A stretch of DNA of 64,000 nt from positions 544,001 through 608,000 of the forward strand of contig JASGHG010000001.1 of the NCBI GenBank assembly GCA_047602425.1, written 5' to 3'. Position 1 is the first letter of the stretch; every line of letters begins with the position of its first letter. The notes below the pieces were generated by a model that saw only the letters and a program-made list of their open reading frames with translations, was not told where the DNA came from and made no database searches. Source of the stretch: Nibricoccus sp. GTDB taxonomy: Bacteria; Verrucomicrobiota; Verrucomicrobiia; Opitutales; Opitutaceae. The position numbers and the translations under genes are program-made. Of the stretch, positions 34,222-44,201 are shown piece after piece.

Positions 34222-36420
34222 ATGAGTTTCCCTCCCCGTTTTCTGCTGGCTGGAATTGGTCTGCTCGTCGGCTTCGCTTCCCAACTCGCCGCCGACGTCG
34301 CCATCGACCGTCACGCGCTTGTCACGCGCCACAATCCGGTGACTCGCAAAGTTGATCCCGACGCTACGCTCACTGTCGGCAACGGCAACTTTGCCTTCGG
34401 TTGCGACATCACCGGCATGCAGACCTTCGCCGAGTACCATCACCGCAACGGCATTCCAGTCGAAATCCTCTCACGCTGGTGCTGGATCACCGATCCTAAC
34501 CCCAACAACTACACGCTCGCCGACGCCTCAAAGGATTTCAAGATGGCCGACGGCAGCACACAGCCCTTCGCTACAAAGTCATCGTCTCCCGCTGGCGACT
34601 GGTTGCGGAAAAACCCGCGCAACCACCCGCTCGGCCAACTCGCCCTCGAATACGACAAAACCGACGGCACCCCGCTCACCACCGAGGACATTCAAGAGCC
34701 CGAGCAAACCCTCGACCTCTGGACCGGCATCGTCACGAGCCAGTTCAAACTCGACGGCGTGCCCGTCAAAGTCACCACCGCCTGTGCGCCGGAGGGTGTT
34801 GCAGACTTTGGGGTGGAAAACGACTTGGTTGCCCTGCGCGTTGAATCCGAACTTGTCGCCAAAGGTAAGCTCCGCCTACGACTCGCCTTCCCTCGCGGCC
34901 ATGATCTGGCGGTGAAGAACACCCCAGCACTGGACTGGTCCGAACCCAAGTCTCACAGCTCCAAACTATCCACACCTTACGTTATCGAACGCAAAGTACA
35001 GACAACACAATACAGTGTCTGGACAAGCCTGGCTGCCACCGAGCAATCGCCTCATCGTTTTGTGCTCACTCCTGCGCCCGGGGCAAAAGAGATCAACCTC
35101 GAAATCGCGTTCTTAAAATCGAGCTTTGCTATTTCAATGTCGCACATCGTTTCTCCGCAAAGCGTCTTCGCCGACTCCGCCGCCCACTGGCAGAAGTTCT
35201 GGCAATCCGGTGCCGCCATCGACTTCACCGGCAGCACCAACCCGCTCGCCAAGAAAGTCGAGGAACGCATCGTTCTCTCGCAGTACCTCATGGCCGTACA
35301 GATGGTCGGCGACGTTCCGCCGCAGGAGAGCGGACTCACCTGCAGCACGTGGTACGGCAAGCATCACACCGAGATGATTTGGTGGCACGCCGCGCACTTC
35401 CCGCTTTTCGGCCGCGACGCAATGCTCGCCAAAAATCTCGAATGGTACCAAGCCCAACTCCCCGCCGCCCGCGCCCTCGCGAAGAGCCGCGGTTACAAAG
35501 GCGCTCGCTGGGCCAAGATGACCGGTCCCGAAATGCGCGAAAGCCCCGGCGGCCCGCCGCTCATCATCTGGAACCAGCCGCACATGGTTTATCTCTGCGA
35601 ACTACTCTACCGCAACAACCCCACCCCCGCCACACTCGCCAAGTATCGCGAACTCGTCCTCGAAACCGCCGAGTGCTTGGCCTCAATGGCTTGGTTCGAC
35701 CCCGCGCGCAAACAATACGTCCTCGGCCCACCGCTCTGGATCGCGCAGGAGATCGGCGACCAAGCCACCAGCCAGAATCCCGGCTTCGAACTTTCCTACT
35801 GGCGCTGGGCCCTGACTGTCGCTCAACAATGGCGCGAACGCCTCGGCCTCCCGCGCGACGAAAAATGGGACCACGTCATCACACACCTTTCCCCGCTCCC
35901 GCAAAAGCACGGCATGTACGTCTCGCTCGAATCACAACCCGATAATTGGGACAACATCGCCAGCCGCCACGATCACCCGCAGATGCTCATGCCGCTCGGT
36001 TTTCTCCCTGGCGGCCCCGATGTCGATCGCCCCACGATGAATCGCACGCTCGATGGCGTGCTCCAGCAATGGGACTGGGAAACGAAAATCTGGGGCTGGG
36101 ACTACCCGATGGTCGCCATGACCGCCGCCCGCCTCGGCCGTTCCGCGGAGGCTGTCGAAGTCTTGATGCGTGAAGGCCCCAACAACCGTTATCTACCGAC
36201 AGGCCACGCCCCGGTGCGCAGCGACGAAGCCCTGCCCAAAAACGCCCCTCCCGGCGCGCGCAAACGCGAAATCGCCGTCTATCTTCCCGCCAATGGCGCC
36301 TTTCTTTCCGCCATCGCCCTCATGACCGCCGGTTGGGACGGTTGCGAAACGCCCTTCCCCGGTTTCCCCAAAGACGGCACTTGGAAAATCCGCGCCGAAG
36401 GACTGCACCGCTTACCGTGA
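34222..36420 (+). CDS. Secreted six-hairpin glycosidase, GH65-like
   Basis: Signal peptide; IDRHALVTRHNP, TVGNGNFAF..DITGMQ, PPQESGL...WYGKHH.EM, WGWDYP, YLPANG. Confidence 0.75.
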   Translation: MSFPPRFLLAGIGLLVGFASQLAADVAIDRHALVTRHNPVTRKVDPDATLTVGNGNFAFGCDITGMQTFAEYHHRNGIPVEILSRWCWITDPNPNNYTLADASKDFKMADGSTQPFATKSSSPAGDWLRKNPRNHPLGQLALEYDKTDGTPLTTEDIQEPEQTLDLWTGIVTSQFKLDGVPVKVTTACAPEGVADFGVENDLVALRVESELVAKGKLRLRLAFPRGHDLAVKNTPALDWSEPKSHSSKLSTPYVIERKVQTTQYSVWTSLAATEQSPHRFVLTPAPGAKEINLEIAFLKSSFAISMSHIVSPQSVFADSAAHWQKFWQSGAAIDFTGSTNPLAKKVEERIVLSQYLMAVQMVGDVPPQESGLTCSTWYGKHHTEMIWWHAAHFPLFGRDAMLAKNLEWYQAQLPAARALAKSRGYKGARWAKMTGPEMRESPGGPPLIIWNQPHMVYLCELLYRNNPTPATLAKYRELVLETAECLASMAWFDPARKQYVLGPPLWIAQEIGDQATSQNPGFELSYWRWALTVAQQWRERLGLPRDEKWDHVITHLSPLPQKHGMYVSLESQPDNWDNIASRHDHPQMLMPLGFLPGGPDVDRPTMNRTLDGVLQQWDWETKIWGWDYPMVAMTAARLGRSAEAVEVLMREGPNNRYLPTGHAPVRSDEALPKNAPPGARKREIAVYLPANGAFLSAIALMTAGWDGCETPFPGFPKDGTWKIRAEGLHRLP

Positions 36421-36457
36421 TTTTCCGCTAGCGCAATCGCCCACGGCTCGACCGCTC

Positions 36458-36877
36458 TTATTGCGCGTCGAGCAGCTTCGACTGTATGTTGTAAGCCACC
36501 AGTATTGGTTGATCTCCCTCCATCTCGACGGTGATTGTCTCAGTCGCACGATCTTTTTCGAACGCGGTCTGCTGCACTAAAAACACGAGCGTTTTCTGAT
36601 TTGCCGTGGAAAAGCGGCGCTGCGAATTCGCCGTGGAAACGGCCTTGCCCAGTTTCTCTTTCACCGTCTGCAAGTATTCCGAAAATTTAGTTTTTTCGGT
36701 CTCGGCCTGGAATCGCGGATGTGCACTTAGCCAGATCGCGTCAAAATTACCTGTATTAAAATGTTCGTGTATTTGAGAGATGATGGCGTTCTGATTGGCG
36801 ATGCTTTGATTGAGGCTTGTACAACCGGCCCACCAAAGTCCTGAACACACCAGGGCAAGCGCAACGAATGTTTTCAT
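36458..36877 (-). CDS. Hypothetical lipoprotein
   Basis: MKTFVALAL...WAGC lipobox; AT-richer. Confidence 0.6.
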   Translation of the reverse strand: MKTFVALALVCSGLWWAGCTSLNQSIANQNAIISQIHEHFNTGNFDAIWLSAHPRFQAETEKTKFSEYLQTVKEKLGKAVSTANSQRRFSTANQKTLVFLVQQTAFEKDRATETITVEMEGDQPILVAYNIQSKLLDAQ

Positions 36878-37038
36878 ATCATGCTCGTTCTCAAAAAGGG
36901 TAAGCTTGTGTCGGAGAATATCTGCCACCGACACCGATTGTTCATAAACACAACACAGGCCCAAAGCCCCAGCAATCGGAAAACGTCGCCGCCATCCCGC
37001 GAGCAAACCGCTCCCTGCGTTCACGCACGCTCCGGCCG

Positions 37039-37061
37039 TTTGTAACGTAATACGTTACAAA
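37039..37061. promoter_or_regulatory. Perfect 23-bp palindrome in divergent intergenic region
   Basis: TTTGTAACGTA-A-TACGTTACAAA. Confidence 0.6.
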
Positions 37062-37125
37062 TGATGGTGGCACTTCCGTGGCCGTCGCTTGCACTGGCGG
37101 GTACGGCTGCTACTTTCATCGCTTC

Positions 37126-38253
37126 ATGAAGTTCACGCCCGCCAAGCCGCCACTCACCGGCGAAACCCTCGACTCGCTCACCGAACGGTTGCGCGAAAAA
37201 GGCGAACCCGCTTTCCGCGCCAAACAAATTCTCGAATGGGTGTATAAAAAACGTGCCCGCTCATGGGACGACATGAGCAATCTCTCGAAACCGCTCCGCG
37301 CGTGGTTGGCGGAAAGGTTCGAACTCATGCCGGCCTCGCTCGTGCTCAACAAACAGTCGTCCGACGTCACCGACAAATTGTTGCTTGAACTCGGCGACCG
37401 TTCGCTGATCGAAACGGTTATCATCCGAGCCCCGCAGGACGGGGTCGGCGTCGATCATTCGCGCAAAACCATCTGCATCTCCACCCAGGTCGGCTGCGCC
37501 ATGGGCTGCGTCTTTTGCGCCAGCGGACTCGATGGCCTGAAGCGCGACCTTCTGGCCGGCGAAATCGTCGCTCAACTTCTCCAGGTTTGCTATCGCGAGG
37601 ACGCACGCACGCCACGCGCCAAAGCCGAACTAGCTTCTTTCGACAATATCGTTGTCATGGGCATGGGCGAACCGCTGGCCAACTACGAGGCTTTGCTCCG
37701 CGCCCTCACCATCGTCAACGCCCCCTGGGGCCTCGGCTTCGGCGCGCGCCGCATCACCATTTCAACCAGCGGACTCGTCCCAAAAATCCTTCAGCTCGCC
37801 GACGAACCCGTCGGCTTCCGTCTCGCCATTTCGTTGCACGGCGCGACCGATGCAGTCCGCGAAAAAATCATGCCGGTCAACAAGGCCTACCCGCTCGCGA
37901 AGTTGCTGCCCGCGGTGAAGGAGTTTTCGGAAAAGCATGGCCGAATGATCACGCTCGAGTTCATTCTCATCGATGGCGTCAACGATTCCGTCGAGCAGGC
38001 GGAAGAACTCTGCTATATCGCCAAAGATCTTCACGCGCACGTGAATCTGATCCCTTACAACACCGTGGAAGGTCTGCCGTGGAAACGCCCGTCTGAAGCG
38101 CGCATCGAGGCATTTACGAACGTCCTTAATGCCGCCCGGATTTCGATGACTTTACGCCAGGAAAAAGGCCACGATATCGAGGCCGCTTGCGGTCAGCTGC
38201 GGCTTAGAACAGAGAAGGAACGCGCTGCCATTGAATCGGTAGCAAATAACTAA
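37126..38253 (+). CDS. rlmN: 23S rRNA/tRNA m2A methyltransferase RlmN
   Basis: CISTQVGCAMGCVFCAS, MGMGEP, ISLHG, NLIPYN, AACGQL. Confidence 0.95.
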   Translation: MKFTPAKPPLTGETLDSLTERLREKGEPAFRAKQILEWVYKKRARSWDDMSNLSKPLRAWLAERFELMPASLVLNKQSSDVTDKLLLELGDRSLIETVIIRAPQDGVGVDHSRKTICISTQVGCAMGCVFCASGLDGLKRDLLAGEIVAQLLQVCYREDARTPRAKAELASFDNIVVMGMGEPLANYEALLRALTIVNAPWGLGFGARRITISTSGLVPKILQLADEPVGFRLAISLHGATDAVREKIMPVNKAYPLAKLLPAVKEFSEKHGRMITLEFILIDGVNDSVEQAEELCYIAKDLHAHVNLIPYNTVEGLPWKRPSEARIEAFTNVLNAARISMTLRQEKGHDIEAACGQLRLRTEKERAAIESVANN

Positions 38254-38301
38254 ACTGGATACTTTACTTTACATCAACCTATCCGCATACGTTGATGCGT
38301 A

Positions 38302-39180
38302 ATGAATAGCGACCGTCCAATTTCCCAACTTTTCGCGCTCAATCGTCCTCTGCGTTCTTTGGAATTTTTTCCGCCGAAGGACGACGCTGGAATCCAGGCA
38401 TTGCGTGCAACCGCGGCCGCTTTGAAGAAACTGGAACCCGACTTCGTCTCCGTGACTTATGGGGCCGGTGGCAGCACGCGCGAACGCACGGCACAACTCA
38501 GCGCGATCCTCCGCAGCGAATTTGGCCTGACAGTAATGCCGCATTTGACGTGCGTCGGCCATTCCAAAGCCGAACTCAATGATATCGCCAGCCGGCATCA
38601 TGCCGCGGGCATTCGCAATATCATGGCCTTGCGAGGGGATCCGCCGAAAGGTGTGGCGGAATTCAAACCCGCGCCTGATGGCCTGAGCTATGCCAACGAA
38701 CTCGTGAGCCTGCTCAAGAACAGGCACAGCGATTTTTGCCTCGGGGTCGCAGGATACCCCGAAGTACACCCGCAAGCGGCCTCCGCCGAGGCCGATCTCT
38801 CAAATCTCAAGCGCAAGGTGGATGCGGGCGCGGCGTTCGTCACTACCCAGCTCTTTTTCGATAATGCCGTCTATCATCGCTTCGTCGAACGCTGTCGCAA
38901 GGCCGGCATCAACGTGCCGATCGTGCCCGGCATCATGCCGCCGCTCTCGCTCAGCCAGGTCAAACGCATGACCCAATTGAGTGGTTCGGCTGTGCCGGAA
39001 ACCCTCACCCGACGCCTCGAAGCCGCGGGCGACGATGCTGACACGGTGGAATTCGTCGGAATCGACTGGGCACTCGGCCAGATCCGTGACCTACTCGCCC
39101 ACGGCGCGCCGGGCTATCATTTGTACATCTTGAATCGCGCCAAAGCCGCTCTGGCGCTAGCCGCTGGTTTAGCAGCGTAG
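38302..39180 (+). CDS. metF: 5,10-methylenetetrahydrofolate reductase
   Basis: SLEFFPPK, SVTYGAGGS, PHLTC, ALRGDPP, AGYPEVHP, TQLFFD. Confidence 0.95.
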   Translation: MNSDRPISQLFALNRPLRSLEFFPPKDDAGIQALRATAAALKKLEPDFVSVTYGAGGSTRERTAQLSAILRSEFGLTVMPHLTCVGHSKAELNDIASRHHAAGIRNIMALRGDPPKGVAEFKPAPDGLSYANELVSLLKNRHSDFCLGVAGYPEVHPQAASAEADLSNLKRKVDAGAAFVTTQLFFDNAVYHRFVERCRKAGINVPIVPGIMPPLSLSQVKRMTQLSGSAVPETLTRRLEAAGDDADTVEFVGIDWALGQIRDLLAHGAPGYHLYILNRAKAALALAAGLAA

Positions 39181-39217
39181 CACGGACAATCTGCCGGTAC
39201 TAAACGACGCGTTGACC

Positions 39218-41380
39218 TCAACGCGTCCCCGTTCTAACACGCACCGGCTGCAAACGCGGCGCGGCGATCAACAGTCGTGCGAAAGCCAGGAAACCAAGCG
39301 CAGCGAGCATCCAGATCGGCATTGCACCACCGCCACCGCCGCCACCCGAAGGTGCGGGCGCGGGAGCGGGTGCGGGGCTGCCAGACGAACTGGAGCTGCT
39401 CGAACTACTCGACGTACCAGTCAACATTACGTCCGCGTAAGCACTCGGAACCGATCCCGCCAAATTTGAAACCACAACCAAATAGGTGCCAGAGTTTGAG
39501 CCACTCAGGCTAGGGATTGTATACGATGCGCTGTTAGCGCCTAAGAGTGCTTGGCTGGCAAAATACCATTGGTAACGAAGATCCGTACCCGTGGCGACAA
39601 CGGATAGAGTAACGCTCACACCTGGAGTGGAACCAGAGAAAGATACGGGCTGCGTGGTTATCGCTGGGGCCACGACAGCGCCTCCCGAACTGCTACTCGA
39701 AGAAGACGAACCTGTCACCGTAGCCGTAACTGAGCTGCTAATCGACGCCGCAACCGGATTCATAATAATGACGTTGTAGTAATCTGCGTCGGCCGCGGTG
39801 GCACTTGAAACGCTATAGGTCTTCCCCGTTGCCCCTGAGATCGCTGTACCGCTCTTTTGCCACTGGTAACCGGTTATGGCTCCTTGTGAAACAACATTGA
39901 AGGAGAAGCTCGCACCAAGATTGACTATTGCCGATTGCGGTTGGGTCGTGATGACAGGAGGCAAGAGATCTCGACCAGAGTTACCTATCCCTGCACTTGT
40001 CATCCCAAGTGCTTTGTCGGCAAGAACCTTGGCGTTGTAAGCAGCTTTCGGCTGATCGACGGCAACACCCGTTGGTGCCCCGGCATAACTCACATTCGGA
40101 TTACTAAAGTAAGGAATGCGTGTACCGAGGTACGACATGATCGTGCCATTACCACCAAAACTGTGGCCGTACCAATACTTGCCATCACCATCGTAGGCTC
40201 CGTCTGGATTATCGGTGGTTTGTTTTTCGGTTTCTCGGTCGTGCTGACAGGAAAAATTGTGTGCTAGTTCGTGAGACATCGTGCCGTAACCACTCGAAAA
40301 ACCATCTGAAGTCCGTCGCCACATCACGACCGAACGGGCCGCGCCTCGGCTGAGGTTTCCGCTGACGCTTTGCGGGCTCCATGCCAATCCGACGGTATTG
40401 CCACTGGCTGATCGCGTGCCGGTGATGTAGAGCAACGCTTGGTCGGCACCATGCGCGGCCATTTTGTTCGTCACGAAGTCGCGCTGGGTGTTGTCAGGAA
40501 TCGCATCCCGTGACTGTTGAATATCGGAAATGCGATCCAAGTCGTCCTCAATATCGGTCGACGCGGCGTAACTTGGAATCTGATACGCTGCGACATACCG
40601 CCAGCGGAGATTGGTAATCGCGCTATTGATCAGCACGTCGTTGGCAGAAGCGATACGGGCAATCGCCGCTGTTTCAATGGCAGAAAAGGAACCTGCCGTC
40701 GAAAGCGTGGCTGCATCGTAGAAAAAGATCACATCGACGTGGGTGAATCCGTCGATCGCTGTCTTTGCCACTACACCGGAGTCGCTGGGCGTTGGTTCGG
40801 TCGAGAGATCCGGGGAGAGCGCGGCTTTTTGGCGAAGCTTCAACTGGTCCACGCCGCAACCACCTGCACCGGAGGTCTGCACGACCGTCATTTTCCCATC
40901 TGAAAGTTGTAGTTCGAAGTTATCAGACGCCGGAATTTCGAGTACGGCATGCCAGTCTTTTTCGGTGGCAACCAATACGAGAAAGGCCCCGGTCAATGCG
41001 TTGCGTCCATTCCAAACAGTGCGACCGTTTTCCATGCGAATAGACGTCCGCTCGAACTCCATTGGCGTGTCGGGATAGGGAGCGATGACAATTCTCTCGG
41101 GCTTGTACTCGCGCCAATCTTTGACGGGTTCAGCAAGTTTGGGCAACGCCTCGCGTAGGCTCACCGACAATGGACGAACTGCAGAATGCGTCTCCTGTGC
41201 GAGGTCCGCTGCAGGTGTAATCGGTGTAACTTCGAGAGCCCTTGTTAGAGCAGGCGTTACCTTAGTGGGAGCAACCTGTGCCAGCGAAGCAGGCCGTGTT
41301 ATGTGCTTCAATTTCACTACCGCCAGACCAGCAATCAGGCCGAGCGCAAGAATGAGCAGAAAACGCGTGTGCTTCTTCAT
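39218..41380 (-). CDS. Reprolysin-like (M12B) zinc metalloprotease with two Ig-like domains and GlyGly-CTERM tail
   Basis: HELAHNFSCQH, Met-turn TIMSY, PVITTQPQS/PAITTQP...YQW Ig repeats, Ser linkers, GGGGGGAMP + TM helix + R. Confidence 0.85.
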   Translation of the reverse strand: MKKHTRFLLILALGLIAGLAVVKLKHITRPASLAQVAPTKVTPALTRALEVTPITPAADLAQETHSAVRPLSVSLREALPKLAEPVKDWREYKPERIVIAPYPDTPMEFERTSIRMENGRTVWNGRNALTGAFLVLVATEKDWHAVLEIPASDNFELQLSDGKMTVVQTSGAGGCGVDQLKLRQKAALSPDLSTEPTPSDSGVVAKTAIDGFTHVDVIFFYDAATLSTAGSFSAIETAAIARIASANDVLINSAITNLRWRYVAAYQIPSYAASTDIEDDLDRISDIQQSRDAIPDNTQRDFVTNKMAAHGADQALLYITGTRSASGNTVGLAWSPQSVSGNLSRGAARSVVMWRRTSDGFSSGYGTMSHELAHNFSCQHDRETEKQTTDNPDGAYDGDGKYWYGHSFGGNGTIMSYLGTRIPYFSNPNVSYAGAPTGVAVDQPKAAYNAKVLADKALGMTSAGIGNSGRDLLPPVITTQPQSAIVNLGASFSFNVVSQGAITGYQWQKSGTAISGATGKTYSVSSATAADADYYNVIIMNPVAASISSSVTATVTGSSSSSSSSGGAVVAPAITTQPVSFSGSTPGVSVTLSVVATGTDLRYQWYFASQALLGANSASYTIPSLSGSNSGTYLVVVSNLAGSVPSAYADVMLTGTSSSSSSSSSSGSPAPAPAPAPSGGGGGGGAMPIWMLAALGFLAFARLLIAAPRLQPVRVRTGTR

Positions 41381-41601
41381 GAAGGATGAGTACGGGGAAT
41401 GATATACAAAGTTCCCTTTGCGACCCACTAAGCTGGCGAAGACCAGTTTATAGAAGCCGAATGAGAGTTCTTATAACCAATAACTTAATCGGCCAAGTTC
41501 GCAACGGCGTGACCCCAGTCTGCAACAATATACAGACTTTTTAAAAAGAGCTGGCCTACACCGTTGCCACTGTGTTTTACCCTGCAAAACACCCAGAGTA
41601 G

Positions 41602-42132
41602 CTATTTTCCTTCGGCCGCTTTGTGCGCCGCGGAAACGAACGTGTATTTTTCAGCCCATTTTTTCAGGCCTTTTTGTTCTTCTTCCGTAAGCTGGCGAAC
41701 GACTTTGGCTGGTGCGCCCAACACCATAGAACCGGGCGGAATCACGGTGCGCGGTGTGACCACTGCGCCCGCGCCGATGATGCTGCGGGTGCCGACTTTC
41801 GCACCGTCGAGCACGGTTGCGCCCATGCCGATCAGGCATTCGTCCTCGATTGTGCAGGCGTGGATGATCGCGGCATGGCCGACGGTCACCCAGTCACCGA
41901 TGATCGCGTCCATATCGTCGGCAAGGTGCACGACGCAGTTGTCCTGAATGTTGCTGCCTTCGCCCACGATGATTCGGGCAATGTCACCGCGCAGCACCGC
42001 GCCGTAAAACACACTGCTCTTCGGACCCAAGGTAACGTCGCCAACGACAGTCGCGTTGGATGCGACCCAACTCGCTTGAGCGGTATCGGGTTTTTTGGCG
42101 AGATGGGCGGCAAGGCGTTCTTGAACGGTCAT
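41602..42132 (-). CDS. Gamma carbonic anhydrase family (hexapeptide repeat) protein
   Basis: GAVLRGD, SNIQDNCVVH, TVGHAAIIHAC, LIGMGA, GAPAK. Confidence 0.92.
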   Translation of the reverse strand: MTVQERLAAHLAKKPDTAQASWVASNATVVGDVTLGPKSSVFYGAVLRGDIARIIVGEGSNIQDNCVVHLADDMDAIIGDWVTVGHAAIIHACTIEDECLIGMGATVLDGAKVGTRSIIGAGAVVTPRTVIPPGSMVLGAPAKVVRQLTEEEQKGLKKWAEKYTFVSAAHKAAEGK

Positions 42133-42207
42133 GAGTTGGTTCTCGCGCAGTGAATTTCTTTTCGCAAGCTCGGGCACAACTCCGGCATCCCTCCCCTCGC
42201 CTGTTAT

Positions 42208-43506
42208 ATGGAACAATTAACGCATGTATTCCGCGGACTTTTAGGTATCGCGGCGCTATTGGGCCTTTCTCTCCTCTTCTGCAACAACCGGCGCGCAATC
42301 AACTGGCGGCTGATTGGCGCCGGCCTGGCGCTTCAAATCGTTTTCGCGGCGCTCGTGTTGCATGTCGGTTGGTTCAAGAATAGCATGGAAGGGCTTGCGC
42401 GACTGTTCGTTTGGGTGGTGGATTTTTCGGCGGAGGGCGCAGGTTTCGTATTTGGCGGTCTGGCCACCAATCGTGCGGCATTCGGTTTTATTTTCGCGTT
42501 CAGCATCCTGCCTACGATCATCTTTTTTTCCGCACTTACCTCGGCGCTCTATTACCTGGGCGTGCTCCAAAAGGTCGTGTACGGCATCGCGTGGGTGTTG
42601 TCGCGCACGATGAAACTTTCCGGTGCGGAAAGCCTTTCGGCCGCAGCAAACATTTTCGTCGGCCAGACCGAAGCGCCGTTGATGGTGAAACCGTATTTGG
42701 AGCGCATGACAAAATCCGAGGTCCTCTGCGTGATGATCGGCGGCATGGCCAACACGGCAGGTGGCGTGCTCGCGGGCTACATCGGCCTCCTCGGCGGCGC
42801 GTCGGAGGAAGCGAAACAATTTTTCGCGCTTCACATGCTCATCCAATCGATCATCTCGGCGCCGGCGGCGATCATCGTGGCCAAACTGCTTTATCCGCAA
42901 ACCGAGGAAATCGACCGCGATCTCAATGTCTCACGCGAGAAAATCGGCGCCAATCTCATCGACGCCATTTGCGTCGGCACGACCGATGGACTCAAGCTCG
43001 CGCTCAATGTCGGCGCCATGCTTGTCGCGTTCACCGCCCTGATCGCGCTCTGCAACGGGGCAATCTCTTCTACCCTTGGTAACTGGTTCGGCTTAAATGG
43101 CTGGGCATCTTCGATCAGCGGCGGGCAATATCCCGTTTTCAATCTGCAATTTCTCCTGGGACTGATCGGTGCGCCCTTCGCTTGGTTGATCGGGGTCGAT
43201 TCGGGACAACTCTTCATCGCGGGCCAGCTCCTCGGCGAAAAGACGGTGCTCAACGAATTCGTCGCCTATAGCTCGATGTCCAAGCTCAAGGACTCCGGCG
43301 TGCTCCACGACCCACGCGCGATTCTTGTGCTGACGTATGCGTTGAGCGGATTCTCCAACATTGTCTCCATCGGCATCCAAGTCGGAGGCATCAGCGCCCT
43401 GGCTCCCAATCAGCGCGAAAACCTCGCACGACTCGGCTGGCGGGCGCTGCTCGGCGGAAGCATTGCGTGCTTCCTCACGGCCTGCGTCGCGGGAATGCTG
43501 ACCTGA
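42208..43506 (+). CDS. nupC: Concentrative nucleoside transporter (CNT/NupC family)
   Basis: LPTIIFFSAL, GAES..AAANIFVGQTEAP, NEFVAY, GFSN..SIGI. Confidence 0.92.
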   Translation: MEQLTHVFRGLLGIAALLGLSLLFCNNRRAINWRLIGAGLALQIVFAALVLHVGWFKNSMEGLARLFVWVVDFSAEGAGFVFGGLATNRAAFGFIFAFSILPTIIFFSALTSALYYLGVLQKVVYGIAWVLSRTMKLSGAESLSAAANIFVGQTEAPLMVKPYLERMTKSEVLCVMIGGMANTAGGVLAGYIGLLGGASEEAKQFFALHMLIQSIISAPAAIIVAKLLYPQTEEIDRDLNVSREKIGANLIDAICVGTTDGLKLALNVGAMLVAFTALIALCNGAISSTLGNWFGLNGWASSISGGQYPVFNLQFLLGLIGAPFAWLIGVDSGQLFIAGQLLGEKTVLNEFVAYSSMSKLKDSGVLHDPRAILVLTYALSGFSNIVSIGIQVGGISALAPNQRENLARLGWRALLGGSIACFLTACVAGMLT

Positions 43507-43532
43507 AAAAACGCGTTCGACGCGTGGCGTGG

Positions 43533-43898
43533 TTACTTCTGCTTCCAGTCGCCGCGCTCGTCTTGAATCCACTCTCCGGCATGGGCGCGTTGCGCGATCT
43601 GTTTAGCACGGGTGCGGCCAACGAGATCTGCCGAAGAACCCGTCTGCTTCGCCAGCGCGGCGTAAACAATTTCGCGATCCTTGTTCTCGGCCGCAACAAC
43701 TACATCGGCATCGCCAGCGCGCGCTTCGAGGAAGCCACGGTTGTTTTCACCGACCGAACCCTTGTTTTTCAAAGCGTCCACCTGGGCCAGGCGCTGCTCC
43801 ATCCGAGTTTTGACCGTGCCCAGATCCTCAGCCTGCAGCGGCATTGCAAACCCGAGGGTCAAAACAAGAAACAAAGTACCAAGAACGAACTTTTTCAT
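43533..43898 (-). CDS. ydbL: YdbL (DUF1318) family protein
   Basis: Signal peptide; K..G.VGENNRGFL, AENKDR..VY, GEWIQ...G.W. Confidence 0.82.
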   Translation of the reverse strand: MKKFVLGTLFLVLTLGFAMPLQAEDLGTVKTRMEQRLAQVDALKNKGSVGENNRGFLEARAGDADVVVAAENKDREIVYAALAKQTGSSADLVGRTRAKQIAQRAHAGEWIQDERGDWKQK

Positions 43899-43911
43899 AG
43901 GGGCAAAGAAT

Positions 43912-44106
43912 TCAGGGTTTCGCGGAAGTCGCGGAGAGTGACGCCGATTTTTGATCGAGGTCACCGAAGAAATCGTTGAGCGCCTTGTCGACCTTCACAT
44001 TCACGTCGACCGTGATGTGAGCTTCAACCGGCTGGAGTTTGACGGTGATGCAGCCGCCCCAAAGGGCGACGCATAAAAGAAGCATGAAGCTGCGAAGCAT
44101 GTTCAT
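43912..44106 (-). CDS. YnbE-like small lipoprotein
   Basis: Lipobox WGGC, then ITVKLQP...ITVDVNVKVDKAL.DFF; upstream of ydbL. Confidence 0.72.
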   Translation of the reverse strand: MNMLRSFMLLLCVALWGGCITVKLQPVEAHITVDVNVKVDKALNDFFGDLDQKSASLSATSAKP

Positions 44107-44201
44107 AAAGTTTCCATATCTGACACGCGCTGGCAACAGAGTTTCCATCGTCGGCTCAAGGCGCGGACCACAAAGCACGTGCAGGTTCTGCAGATTTCGC
44201 T

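Noticed and set aside
37068..37082. Possible sigma-54 promoter TGGCAC-N5-TGGC upstream of rlmN
   Set aside because: The -12 element is not TTGC and such matches are common in GC-rich DNA
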